Source: Azolla caroliniana (taxonomy: Eukaryota > Plantae > Polypodiophyta). Taken from it: 64,000 nucleotides of DNA. The DNA lies in assembly GCA_043228905.1 (NCBI GenBank), contig JBHGNT010000018.1, forward strand, positions 8,680,001-8,744,000, written 5' to 3'. The notes under the pieces were generated by a model. It did no database searches and had not been told where the DNA came from. It saw only the letters and a program-made list of their open reading frames with translations. Every line of letters begins with the position of its first letter. The stretch's first letter is position 1. Positions 24,205 through 38,030 of the stretch are shown piece after piece. A program made the translations under genes and the position numbers.

Positions 24205-25039
24205 GGTGAACCCGTGTAGTATACTTCTATTCTCTTCCATTGCTCACATTGATTAAGGTGAAGTCAGGACAGGGCCCTTGGTTGTGCCCATTGTATCATT
24301 TATTTCAGAAACTCGCAAATCCTTGGTTGCATAAGATTATTGTTTTTTTCTTCAATTAAATGATAAAATGAAAGAATTTAAAACATACATCAAACTCTTC
24401 TTATTGGAAGTGTATCAAGGACTGCCAAATGCCAACAAAGGTAGAAAGAAAATTAAATCAAAGACAGTCAAATTGATGAGTGGCATGATTTACCCACTCC
24501 CAACAAATCATAACTGGGATATCTGAGTTCAGAGAAACTATTAAATGGAGAGAAGATATAGGCCAACGCCACGCTGGAATTTCAGGTGATCTGTTGTAAG
24601 TTAAGCCAAGACCCTTTTTGCAAAGTGAAAACTTTATGCTAATCAAGGAACATGAAAGGCGCAGAATATAGAGGTCAAAGGCATACTGGAATTTCAGGTG
24701 ATCTCCTGTAAGTTAGCTAAGACCCCATTTGTAAGGGGGAAAGCTTTGTGTGAAGAGCATGAAGTCTGTATGAACTATGGTTTATTAAGCATAATGAAAC
24801 ATGCCTTGGCAATCTTCTGTATGTATGTTAAGTAAGGGGGAGGGAACTTATATGAATATGAGAGGCATTCTCAAGATATATTATGCATGTGTTGAGATAG
24901 AGGAAGAGACTTAATGAAGAGTCATGTGGAGAGACTGAGACTCCATCATGTTGGGCTGTGATTCGGGGCCATATTTAGAGTCATTGAGTGACAGATGTCT
25001 GGGCCACAGACAATGAATTGTAATCATACTCAATTGACA

Positions 25040-25660
25040 GATTAAACGGAAATTTCGTATATTTAAGGCGGGAAACAAATTTGTTTCAGGTCATTGTGTC
25101 TCAAGAAGAAAGATCTTTTATTATAAGTGAAGCATTAGCCAAAATTTCACTAAACAGAGGCCAATTCGGCCATGTTTAAAAACCAAAATGAGCCAAATAG
25201 AAGAGATTGCATGCAAGTTTGTGTTTGTGGAGTTGTCACTCAAGATCTTAAGCAGAAATTTTGTATCTTTTAAGGGGGGAAACAAATTTGTTTCAGGTCA
25301 ATGTGTCCCAAGGAGAAAGATCTTTTATAAGTGAAGGATTAGTCGAAATTTCACCAAACAGAGGCCAATTCTGCCATGTTCAAAAATTGCTTTATTCTCA
25401 GGTTTCTAAAGCATAAGAGCTTTGTGTTTAATATAGAATTGCTATGCTTTTATTGTATTGCAAAAATCTACTTTACCACTTGGCAATGAACGGAATAGAA
25501 GAGATTGCATGCAAGTTTGTGTTTGTGGAGTTCTCCCTAAAGATCTTAAACGGAAATTTTGCAGTTTTAAGGGGAGTCAAATTTGTGCCATGTCAGTGTC
25601 TGAAGAAGAAATATATTTTTTAAGTCAAAGATTAGTCAAAATTTCAATAAACAAAGTTCA
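25040..25660. repeat. Three degenerate copies of a ~200-bp unit
   Basis: Repeated gaaacaaatttgtttcaggtca and aatagaagagattgcatgcaagtttgtgtttgtggagtt blocks. Confidence 0.7.
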
Positions 25661-28600
25661 ATTTAGCTTCTTCAGATTTAGCTTCAAGACCAAAATGAAT
25701 AAGAAGCTTGAATGCAACATTCAAATTTGAACAAGGAATTTTGGGTGGAAGTAGTGCTAATTGTTGTACATATCATCAATTTCTCTCTAATCAAACATAA
25801 GGGCTTCAGGTAGCACATGAACTCTAGAGCAAAAAAGTGCTACATTATAACTACTTGTAGCTATTTGGTTGGAAGGCATTTATTCACATGCTTAGGAGTT
25901 CCAAATCGACAAACTGCATTTTTGTTCGATATGGCCTCAGTGCAAAATTAAATTATTGCATGTGAGATCCAACAACTTGAACAATGATTTGGAGCAACAA
26001 TATAATCTTTTGTGAAGAGACGATGCATCGGTAACCAACAAAGGAGTGCAAAGTTTTTCCTTTTCCAAATACTAATAAATAGATGCACATGGAATGTCGT
26101 GGATATAGATGCTTATAGAAAATTTGGCATAGAGTATAGGCAAATTGTGGAAAGGAGATGAAATGAACATTGGATCTTGGGAGATCTAGACATTGTTGTG
26201 TTCCCTTTGGCATGTAATGCAAACCAACTCTAAACCAAATATATTTATCAGTTCTCAGGGGGTGTGAAAGGAGGATTTAGGTTAGGGTTTAAATTAAGAG
26301 TCAAAACATTGTAAATGAATTTAGGGAATGGATTTTGCAATTTGTACCTCAAAGTTACAAATGCAAGATGATGTTCAGCAAATGAAAATGGAGGAAACAT
26401 AGGAAAGAAGAAGCAAGAAAAATGAAGAGGAAGATAATGCTAGATAGAATTGAATGGATCTAATAATTGATGTTGAAATTCTTGAGGACAACTATAGTGG
26501 GGAAGCAAGAAAAATGAAGAGGAAGATTCTGATGCTAGATAGATTGAATTGATAGAATTGAATAAATCTAATAATTGATGTTGAAATCCTTGAGGACAAC
26601 TATGGTTGGAACCCCCTTCATATCCAAACAAGTATGCAAAAGTTAGGCCATGAATGTGTGCCACTTTGCACTTCTCTATGTAGGACATGCCGCCTACAAG
26701 CCTATGCATATAATTTACTTTGTGTCCCTTTAACATTAGAATAAACATAGAATATAGTAGCACATAAACTCTTATACTTTCATGTCTAGTATCACATTGA
26801 TTGTGACAAATCCTCCCCTTTATTGTTGACTTTAAGACAAAGCGTGTTTGTGAATGGCTTCACACAAAGGATGACCCTTCCATGACACTAGATAATGAAG
26901 TTTTTGAGCACCAATTGAGACTATTAGCTCAAACTCCTTCCCATCTTCAAGTATGACTCAAGGGGGTGCAATGAGTTCATGCTGATGAATAGAAGATGGA
27001 TGGTAAGGATCCAAGGATGTTGTATAAAACACATTGTGGAAGTGGACATGTGGAGGTAGGCGAGTTGTAAAGCCACTTGGTTTGTTTGGCGACAAAAGGA
27101 CCTAGTATTTTGTTGTATGGGCGAGTTTTGTTCCTGACTTTAAACCTAGGTGGTGTTGTTCATCAATGCTCAACTTTATTTTTATATTTATCTTGTACAT
27201 AGGAGAGTTTGACATCCACATCATGGTGGACTCACACCTTTAAATTTTGAGGGCATTCTTGTTTCAAGGGGTATATGGAACTATTTGGGTTATTGACATT
27301 AAATCATGAATGGAACCTATAAATGGCAAAAATGGAGTTGTGCTAATCGACAAAAGTATAGTATTGTTATAGGCAGATTTAGCAAGCAGCAAGGATTCTA
27401 TCCAATTTTCATATAAATAAGTTATGACATATTTTTGGTATCATTGAAGAATTTGGTTGACTCGTTCTATTCAGCAATCCATTTGAGAGTTGATATGTTG
27501 AGGAAAACTTGATGGAGGTCTCAAGAGTCAAGGCGGCGCTTACAAAAACACAAGATGCACGTGGGACCTCGATCTAAGTGTTGGTATAAAAGGCCGACTC
27601 CTTCCAAGTTGTATCCGTCCGAGTGTGAACTCGTTAAAATGTTAGGGCTTAGTATACAAGCGAAGACCTAACATTGTAATAGATGATGAAGAGCATTGTA
27701 ATCTTTGAGTGAGAAATGCGTTGTGAATAATCGAGAAGCTTTCCATTAGAGCTCAGATCTGTGTAAGTCTCAAATCTGTCATATTTCTTGTTTTGTCCAT
27801 ACGTTGTCTATTGTACACAGTCGTAAGATCTATACGCTTCCACATAAACGTAAGAACATCAACAAGTGGTATCAGAGTTGGTTTTGCTGTGCGGCGGCAA
27901 CAGAAAACAGAAGAAAAAGCTGAAAGAAAAGACCAAGTCAGAAATCTCAAATCCACGAATAGAATATGGCTTCAACGTCTGGAACAGGAATAGGAGTTGA
28001 AATCAAAAAGTTTGACGGCAAAAATTTTGCCCTATGGAAAGAGATGATGCAGGATGTGTTGATCATCCGAAGGCAAGTCGAAGCCATTTGACATAGAGAA
28101 AAGCCTGAATCGATGAAAGCAGAAGAGTGGAAGTCATTGGACGAGATAGCAAGATCCACCATTCGAATGCATCTGGCTGAAAATGTCTATTTCAGCATGG
28201 CGAAAGAGTCAACAACGTTCTCGTTGTGGAAGTCATTGGACGAGATAGCAAGATCCACCATTCGAATGCACCTCGCTGAAAATGTCTATTTCAGCAAGGC
28301 GAAAGAGTCAACAACGTTCTCGTTGTGGGAGAAGTTACAAGCTGTTTATGAGTCTTCATCTTCAAAACTGATCCTGATAAAATAGTTGTTTAACATGAAG
28401 ATGAAACAGACCGATCCGGCGACCTCCCACATCAACACCTTCAGCCGAGTGTTGTCAGAGCTCTCGCCCCAAGGGATCAACTTCGAAGAAGAAGTAAAAG
28501 CCCTTGCCCTCCTGTCAAGCTTGCCAACGAGTTGGGAGGTATTCTGTACGACATACGCCAATAGCCGGCCGATCCTAAATTTGGACGAAACAACCGGCCA

Positions 28601-29473
28601 AGTTCTCACAGAGGACATCAGGAGAAAGTCAATGGGACTGACCATCGTCGAGTCAATAGAAGCGCACCACTCGACTGATTTGTTCGACCGACAAAGTCGA
28701 CCGAAAGAAAAAGCCGACAGAACCGGTCGACAATATAGTCAATCGAGACTGAGGGGAGAACGAAAGCGGTCGAAGTCGAAAACGGGCCGAACAAGTGAGT
28801 ACTACACACACTGCAGGAAAGTTGGCCATAATGTTTCTGACTGCTGGTCGATAAAGAGGAAAGAGAGTGGTCGGCGATCCGAGCAGAACAGGGGACGTCC
28901 CGACTCGAACCACTCTCCTGTCGGAAATCAGATAAATGTAACCGACACCCGATCCGGAGAAATCCCCTCTCTAGAAGACTCGATGATCGGAGAAGTCCTA
29001 TACATTGGACAAGTTGCACATACGTGGCTACAGGACTCCGGTGCCACATTCCACGTAACCCCCAACAAAGAGTGGTTTTCGGACTACTCAGCCGAAGCCA
29101 ACGGCACAGCCCGACTAAGCAATGGGCAGGAGTGCAACATTGCAGGAACTGGAGAAGTTCCTATCAGATTGTCGAATGGAAACACGATAACCCTGCACCA
29201 AGTTCGGCATGTACCTGATCTGAAGAGGAGTTTGGTCTCCATCGACATGGTAGCCAAAGACAGGTATAGAACGACTCTACACAAGTCAACTTGGGTGATC
29301 AGCCGCGGAAACCTCAAATTTGGGAGCGGGTACAAGTACAACAACATGTACCCGTTGATGACGATCAACCCTGAAGGGGTCGTGAACGTAGCCGAAAAGA
29401 CCGACCCTAGCCTATGGCATGGCCGACTTGGCCATATGTCACAAGCCGGACTTGATCGGCTGATGTCAGTAGG

Positions 29474-30227
29474 TGATGAGGTGTTTAAGACAGATGATAA
29501 TCGTACACAATATGAGGGCTTGACCAAGCCGATTAGATGGAGTTGTGACTCATAATATATTATATAGATCAAGAGAGACTCAAGAAATTAAGAGAAAAAG
29601 ATAGAGAAGATGAGAAAGAGATAATATTGTTATGATATTCCATCATCAAGACAATACAAAGGAGATAAACTCCACATTCAACTAAGAAACCAAAGACCTT
29701 CTTACTACCAATCACTCAAAAACCACAATTAAGACCCTTCCTCTTTCACTAAGTTTTCTCTTCCTAAGACTCCCTCTCCTCTATTAGGATCCTCTCCCTA
29801 TTAGTTCTCCCGTCTATGACTATCACTTCTTCTTTTATAATTTTCTTCTTCTTCCTCGTTCACGCTATTTTTAGAAGCTTTTTATCTCCTATTTTTAGCT
29901 AAGACCCAACGACCTTCTAATCGTCATATCTCCCTCCTCAGAGCTCCGAATTTAGTGATTTAAAACGCTATAGATAGCTCTCGTTACAAGCTTTCTAACC
30001 CATATTTAAACATAATATTTGGGTGAAAAAAGAAGGATTTATGACCATTCCTTTTTTATTGTTTTTTATGGTCCGCTTTTTCTCTTTGTACTTTTCTCTT
30101 GGTCTCTTACTTTTACTTTTGACTTCTTCCTAAGGTCTTGATTCGTGTTCTAGCCTCCAAATGTGAATTATCCATACTTTATATTCTTCTAATGTTCAAT
30201 GGCTTAGCTTCTAAAAACACTTTCACA
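29474..30227 (-). mobile_element. Solo LTR nested in Copia-2 (imperfect TSD GTAGG/TTAGG)
   Basis: TG...CA bounded insert; removal rejoins LMSVG|YIPKL. A TATAAAA on the minus strand suggests the orientation. Confidence 0.75.
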
Positions 30228-31555
30228 TTAGGCTACATCCCAAAACTCCAGACAAAGACGGACTTCTGCGAGCATTGTCGGTATGGGAAACAGACCCAAA
30301 GTCCGCATTCTCTCCATTACGAGATGGTACGACAACCCCTAGAGCTCGTGCACATAGACATATGCGGGCCCATGCCCGAGCGATCACTAGGAGGATCCCG
30401 ATACTTCATCACTTTTGTAGATGATTGTACATGGAAAGTCTGGGCTTATTCCATCAAGTCCAAAGGCGAAACGCTCGAGGTCTTCACTCTGTGGATAGCC
30501 GAAGTAGAGAACCGGTTGGGATACAGAGTGAAGACACTCATGTCCGATAACGGAGGTGAGTACACCTCCAGAGCCTTCAAACAATAATACTTGTCCAACA
30601 AGGGGATTCGGCATCAAAAGACCGTTCCCTACACACCCATGCAGAATGGGGTGGCTGAACGGATCAACCGAACGATCCAGGAGAGGATGACGGCAATGCT
30701 CCAACAAGTCGGACTGAAGCTGGAATTCTAGGCCGAGGCATTGCAGACGGTAGTGTACCTAATAAATCTAGCGTCATCAAGAGCAGTCAAGCTCGAAGTG
30801 CCACAGGCACTATGGTCTAACAAACAGCCGACCTATGACAGGCTTCGTATATTCGGATGCGAAGCCTATGCGTTCATCCCCAGGGAGAAAAGGACGAAGC
30901 TGGCACCCCATGCAACGAAGTGCATATTTCTCGATTATGGAACCGATGGGGACTTCGGCTATAGGTTGTGGGACCCTGAGAACCGGAGATTAATCCGGAG
31001 CAGTGACGTGGTCTTCAATGAAGACTCTATCTTCTCTCAACGGAACCAGCAGAAAACAGTGGGCAAGAAGGTATCCTTTGAAGACGATCACATCATAGAA
31101 GGACTGACCCACCGGGACGAAACAGAGAACCAACAGATAGTTGAACTCGAACCAGCTCACAACGTCCTAGCCGACATCGAAACGGCAACAAACCACAATG
31201 TCGAACTCAAAGACAAAATCATCAAAGACAGAGCCGAGTCGACAAAGACCAACAAAGGCAGAGTCAACAAGAGACAAGTTCGAAAAGAGTCGACAACAAC
31301 TGCAGGGGAGGACGAACAAACACCGCCAAAATCCTAGAACGGGGTCGGGACTTCGAACAAGACTCCTGACAGACATGGTTCAACAAAAACCGATCGTCAA
31401 ACTGAACCGATCGAAGAATCTGAACAAAATAATTTGGCACCTAGGAGATTTGGACGAGCTCGACGGCAAACAGAGTTCTATCAACCGGGCCTTGACTACT
31501 TCAACTACACAGATGCAGGTGAACCAAGCACGTATGACAAAGCTATGGCCGCACC

Positions 31556-34500
31556 TGTTACGGGCATGACCATATAATATCCCGTGGTGAGAATTGTCGT
31601 AGTATTCTATACACGTGGATAAGTGTGAGGGTTAAACAAAGAGTCTAAAGAAGGGGAGGATTACTTTTAATCCTCGGGATTGAGACAACCCATGAGGCCA
31701 AGTGTGAACATGGCTGGGGGCCTTGAGAATTACTATAAATAAGAGGCCTAGCTACCCTCATTGGGGCATGCATTGACTACGTCGAGACTCTGTCCGTGAG
31801 TGGAACGACTCTTGTAGCAAGCGCGCTATCGTCCAGGTACGACTCGACGCCAAGGCGGTGGTATGGGACGCCGATCGAGGCTCGAGTCCGTCTCGATCCC
31901 TTCGCTCGGGGGTGGTCGGGTGGATCGGCACCCTTCTTTCTCTCTTTTCTCTCTATTCTTTCTAGATCTATCATTGATATATCCTTATTTTATGCTTACT
32001 TTAGTACCTAATCTCTAATATTTGGTATCAGAGCATATATACTAACGTTTCTTTTGGTTTTCTTTTTGTCTTCGCGTGGGATGGCGATTGATCGTTGTGC
32101 GGTCGCCTTCATGCAGACAAGGATTAGCGAAAGAACTTCGGTAAATTTTCCTTAATTTTTTATCTAATTTTTCTTCTCCCTTCTATACATGTGTATACTT
32201 GATATGTAGTTTTTTTTTCATATATTCAATGATGTTGACGTGGTATTTAATTGGTTATCTTAAACGTTTACATATGTCCACGAGGTCAATACCTCGTTTG
32301 ACATATAAATCATATGTGATGAGTGTCGTATGCGTACGAGGTTACTACCTCAATTGCGTATTACGTTCACGAACATATGTTACGTTCGCGTACGAGGTCA
32401 ATACCTCGATTCGTTCGAAATGATATGCGTTGGATTTACTATGCGTAAGAGGTCAATACCTCAATTGCGAATTACGCTTAACCTTATTTTCGGATGTTTC
32501 GTGTGCGTAGAGGTATATGCCTCGATTACGTATCCCGAATACATCATTGTTGGCTATATAAAAAAAACGATTCATTTAGTATACGCATATGTGGTCACTT
32601 ATATACGTCTCTGATCGTATATATGTGATATATTGACATATGTGTATATTTTAGATTACGTGATTCATATCAAATGTTTTCCTAATTGGGGAGAGGATTT
32701 TGGTGGCCGTCCTCACATTTTTGTGAGAATGGCGTTGTCACCATCCCTTTTATCAACAATTTTTATTGTTGAAATTCCCGTTGGTCACTTTGATCTTTCG
32801 TTACGTAACGAACCTCGTATAGCCAAAATGATGTTGAATACGTCGGGCTTGATCCACATCAAGTAGGGTCGCTCTAATGACACACGTATCCAACATCTCC
32901 CCTCGTTACATGGATACGATGCCACCATGAGCTCGTTCTTACGAGCGCCATTCGTAATGACGTGACCATGTGATGGGCCACATGAGCCTACGAAGACACA
33001 AGGGCTCATTCGGCTTGACCATTAGGTTACACTTTGGCATATGCCATTGTACTTACGAGGCTTGAGGGTAGGTAGCGTACAACCATAGTGGGTAATAAAT
33101 GAGGGAGAAATAAGGCCACTTGACCTATATGTTTCTTTTAAAAAAAACATATAGGGGCAAATGCCTCGCATATCTCGAATACGCCTCAAACATTAAACAT
33201 TCAAGACGCGCAATCTACTTGGTTGGCTCAAGTATTTAATGTATTTGTCCTCGAGGTCTCGAGTTCAAATATGACCAACACCATACAACATCGTTGATAC
33301 ATATGACTATAATACATGTTTAGACTTTAGGTCTAAGTGCACTTCGGGGTCCTCGTAATAGGACTTAAAGAGCCGAAACCACATATGTGGGCACAGAAAC
33401 ATAGTTATTGTTAACATTTTTTTCGTGTATAAACTATTCATGACGCGAACATACATGGTTGAGCCTCGGGGAGCCGCCATGAAAAAAATCGATATAGAGA
33501 TCAGGGAAAGGCATTCATTTGTCACCCCCATGGTTTTTAAAACACCTCTGTGTTACCATAGTAACCTGATCTTGAACCTCATCTCATACGTCTAGAGGGG
33601 TATTGACGTGAGATCATGATATCGATTAATGTTTGCCCATGATATGTTTACACCACGACAAGATGTTATGACTATTTGTCTGACCTTATCTTATTTCTTT
33701 GCCAGAAATAATCATTCAATGGCTCAGAATAACGACCCGATGCCCTCCGCTCAAGCGGAAAGACCTCAAGGAAATCCTCCTGGGACAATGTCCATTGAGG
33801 CGTATATTTTACAAGTACAACATTTCCTTAGTTCAACCGCGCAGCAGTTGACCGAATTTCGGCAATCTCAAAGTGCTCTCGAGGCACGAGTCATTAGTCT
33901 CCAAAATGAGATTAATAGACCTGATGAGCGTCAGGGTGAACCATCATTTGTCGTAAAGCCATTTACGGGAGATAAAAAGGAAAGAACCGAAGAAGCAATC
34001 TGCACGTGGCTGGGCCGATGGGAGTCTCATTTTGAGCTCTATCCCACGCCAGATAGTACGAAGATTGCATATGTCGGCCGAGAACTAGGGGGTAAGGCCG
34101 CCGCTTGGTGGCGTGGGCTCCGAACTTTGGGGAGATTGCCCGAGACCTGGACAGACTTTGTCACAGTTTTCAAGGGTCAATTTCTACAACCTCCCTCTCG
34201 AACCGAGGCAGCACAAGCTTTAATGAACCTCTCTAGCAGGAAGTTTTCCTCGCTAGAAGACTATGTCCACCATGCTAGAACCCAAATCCAAAAATCGGGT
34301 CTAGAAGGGGACAATTGGTTAATAGCTTGTTTTGTCAATGGCATCCCCAATTCGGACTATCACTGGATAGTGCACGATAAGGATCCAAAATCCTTCGAAG
34401 AGGCCGTTGAGATAGTTCTTCGCTATCAACGCACTTCGAAGAAGGACCATAACAAACCCAACGAAGCGCCCGGGACTAAGCAGTCGCAATTCGTTGGGAA

Positions 34501-37500
34501 ACGCAAGACACCCAACGAATTCATGGATCGCGATTATAAGCGACAACATCCTTTTTGCGTATTCTGCAAAAAGAAAGGTCATACAAAAGAGCAATGTCGT
34601 AAGCTCCAACGAAAAGAGCACGACGCCAAACCTAAAGCTACAGACCATAAAGGTCAGATTCCTAATGTCCTTCAGGTCTATACACATCATTTGAGTAATT
34701 GTCAATGTTCTTTCCCTCATTATGTATTGGGTCCCAATGATTTACTACGTGCAAACGGGTATATCAATGGATCTCCCGTACAATTTTTATTTGATTCGGG
34801 AAGCTCACACAATTTTGTGAATGATCGTTTGGTACAGATATGGGGAATCCAACCCACCGTAAGTGATCACACCTACACGGTGCACTTGGCTGATGGAAGA
34901 GTACAACACATCAACGGGGCGATTCATTCTTTAGGAATTTCTATTGATACCTATATAGAGGAAGTAGACTTCCATGTAATGAATCTTAGTACCACCGATG
35001 TAATACTGGGTTATCCCTGGTTTTATAATAAAAGCTCTTCTTTATTTATTGATTGGGTTCGCCATTCCATTTCTTTTGTACTCAACGATTGTACGCATTT
35101 TATTCAATGTGTAACAAAACAATCCCTCTCGATTGTTTCCTCGTGTCCATCAATATCCGAGTTGTCTTGTTCTACGTTATTTTATTGTGTACTTGATCCG
35201 GACATTCACGTTTACAATATCGATAATGTCTCGGGTCAATTAACATATTTTGAACAAAAACAACTTGATGAAATCGTAAACGATTTTCGTGATGTTTTTC
35301 CGAGCGAACTACCCGATGGTTTACCTCCTAAACGTAATATAGACCATCGTATAGATATTGTACCTGGCATTGCACCCATTAGTATACCTCCGTATCGCCT
35401 AAGTCGATCTGAAGAGGATGAGGTAGCTAAGCAACTTAAGGACTATTTACGAATGGGTTATATACGTTATAGTAAATCTCCATGGGGTGCACCAGTTCTC
35501 TTGGTTAAAAAGAAAGAGGGCACATGGCGTATGTGTATTAATTACCGACGCTTGAATAAAGTGACGATCAAGAATTCGTACCCATTGCCCCAGGCTGACG
35601 ATCTAATTGACCGTCTCCAGGGAGCTCGGTATTTTACGAAACTTGATCTCCGTACTGGCTACCATCAAATACGAATAAGTGAGGACGATGTTCCTAAAAC
35701 AGCATTTCGTACGCACTACGGCCATTATGAGTTTTTGGTTATGCCTTTTGGTTTGACCAATGCTCCGGCTACATTTCAACAAGAAATGAATGACATTTTC
35801 CGAGAACAACTTGGAAAATTTGTCGTTATCTTCTTAGATGATATTTTAGTTTATAGCCGTACATTACAAGAACATGCTAGACATGTCCGCTTTGTTTTAC
35901 AAATATTGCGTGACAAACAATTTTACACGAAGATCTCAAAATGTGAGTTCTTCAAGAAATCAATTACTTATCTTGGACATCTCATAACCGAACGAGGAGT
36001 TGAAATTGATCCTTCTCGCATCGAGAAAATCAAGCTTTGGCCCACTCTTCGGAATATTCGAGAAGTTCGATCATTCCTTGGTTTTGTCGGATTTTTGCGA
36101 AAATCTCTTCGTAATTACTCACAATTGACGACGCCGTTTACTGATCTTCTAAAAGGTCAAACGCGTAAGTCTACAAAACCTATTGTGTGGAATGCTACAC
36201 TAGACCTCGCCTTTAAGGAACTCAAGGACTTGGTATGCAAGGCTCCTTCACTTCTTTTACCCGATCCTTCAAAACCTTTTGAGGTTGAAACCGACGCAAG
36301 CGATTATGCTATAGGTGCTGTCTTGTATCAAGATGGTAAACCAATAGCATTCGAGAGTAAGAAACTTGATTCTGCTCAATGTCGGTATACCGTTGAAGAA
36401 AAGGAATTATTTGCGGTTATACATGCGCTCAAAACATGGCGCCATTATCTTTATGGAAATCGCTTTGTGGTAACTACGGACCACGAGTCCTTGAAATATT
36501 TTTGTGACCAACAAGACCTGAAAGGTCGTAAGGCACGATGGGCTGATCTCATCCAGGACTTTGATTTTTCCATACGATATCGTAAAGGTTCCATGAATAC
36601 TGTCGCTGATGCACTAAGTCGCATCCGTGAAGTTAACATGCTTAGCTTCACTGAAATAACATCAGATCTTTATGATCACCTTCGAGGAAAGTATCCTGAT
36701 GACAATTATTTTGCAAAATACTGGGCAAGAGTCGAGTCTGGAACAGACACCACCACACCCTCGAAGGAATACTTCCACATTGCTAACGGTCTGCTCTACC
36801 GTAATGGGAAGGTTTGTGTTCCAGATTTACCTGAGGTCAAAAAGAGAATTCTTTTTTAATGCCATGATGCACCCTCAGCAGGGCACCCTGGAATACATCG
36901 TACACTCGTTCTCATCTCCACTCAATTTTATTGGCCTAAGATGCGTCCTGACATACATAGCTATGTGACTAAATGTCACCAATGTCAGGTTAACAAAGCC
37001 GAGCGACTTAAAGCCGCAGGACTTTTACATCCCTTGGACATTCCCAATAATAAGTGGGAAAGTATATCCATGGATTTTATTGTTAGCCTTCCTCGCACCC
37101 AAAAAGGTCATGATGCCATATGGGTTGTGGTTGACAGACTAACTAAAATGGCCAGATTTATTGCTACTAAAACCACGGTAACAGCTCCTGAATTGGCTTA
37201 CCAATTCGTTGATGAGTTATTTCGTTTTTACGGGTTACCGATGGATATCGTGAGTGACCGAGATCCGAAGTTTACTAGTGACTTCTGGACGCAAGTCTTT
37301 AAGAAGTTAGAAACTACGTTGAGCATGAGCTCCACGGATCATCCTCAATCCGATGGACAGACAGAACGAGTAAATCAAATTATTGAGGACATGCTTCGAG
37401 CATACGTTGGTGCAAAACCAACAAAATGGGAACGTTACCTCCCAATTTTGGAGTTTGCTTATAACAGCTCCAAGCATACGTCGACGGGATATAGTCCTTT

Positions 37501-38027
37501 TATGTTGATGTATGGATTTCAGCCACGAGCCCCGATTGATGTTAATATACATCATGATGAGTTGCGAAGTACGCAAAACTTTCTTCGGGATATGCAAGAT
37601 ATGTTGCATATTGCACGGGATAATATAAAAACAGCTCAAGATAGAGCGCGTTTTTATGCCGATCATCACAGGCAACCTCGTGTATTCAGCCCTGGACAGA
37701 AGGTATTTTTACGTGTACCTCACAATTCTAAGACATTGTCTACGGGTAAGTGCGCTAAGTTAGCCCCACGGTTTTGTGGACCTTTTACAGTCCTCAAACG
37801 CATTGGATCATCAGCCTATCGTCTCGCTCTTCCCGATGGTGTTGGAATCCATCCAGTCTTTCATGTAAGTCGTCTAAAAGAACTTCTAGGTTCTGGCGAC
37901 AATACAGTTACAACTGAAACTCTGGTTACTTCTGAAGATTTATCTTCTAAACCACATGTACCAGAAAGAATTCTCGATGTTAAAACAAAAAAATTACGTG
38001 CTAAGGAAATCCGAGAATTTAAAATAA
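31556..38027 (+). mobile_element. Chromoviral Ty3/Gypsy element, 3'-truncated: 5' LTR 31556-32020, PBS 32023-32034, ~1.7-kb leader, no 3' LTR
   Basis: The LTR matches the solo copy at 14347; TGGTATCAGAGC follows it; gag-pol lies downstream. Confidence 0.93.
32272..32545 (+). repeat. Array of five stem-loops GAGGT-N4-RCCTC spaced 55-61 nt apart in the Gypsy leader
   Basis: GAGGT starts at 32282, 32338, 32394, 32449 and 32510, each followed after 4 nt by ACCTC (GCCTC in the fifth copy). Confidence 0.85.
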
Positions 38028-38030
38028 AAT
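33629..38030 (+). pseudogene. Gypsy gag-pol (gag with CCHC, protease, RT, RNase H, integrase, start of chromodomain); one in-frame stop at 36857-36859
   Basis: [75 protein letters not shown] and PERILD...FKIK. ORFs 33629 and 36941 share a frame. Confidence 0.95.

Noticed and set aside
32272-32545. True CRISPR array
   Set aside because: Plant retrotransposon context, no cas genes, short degenerate repeats, and the spacers pair with their own flanks. Kept only as an RNA stem-loop array.
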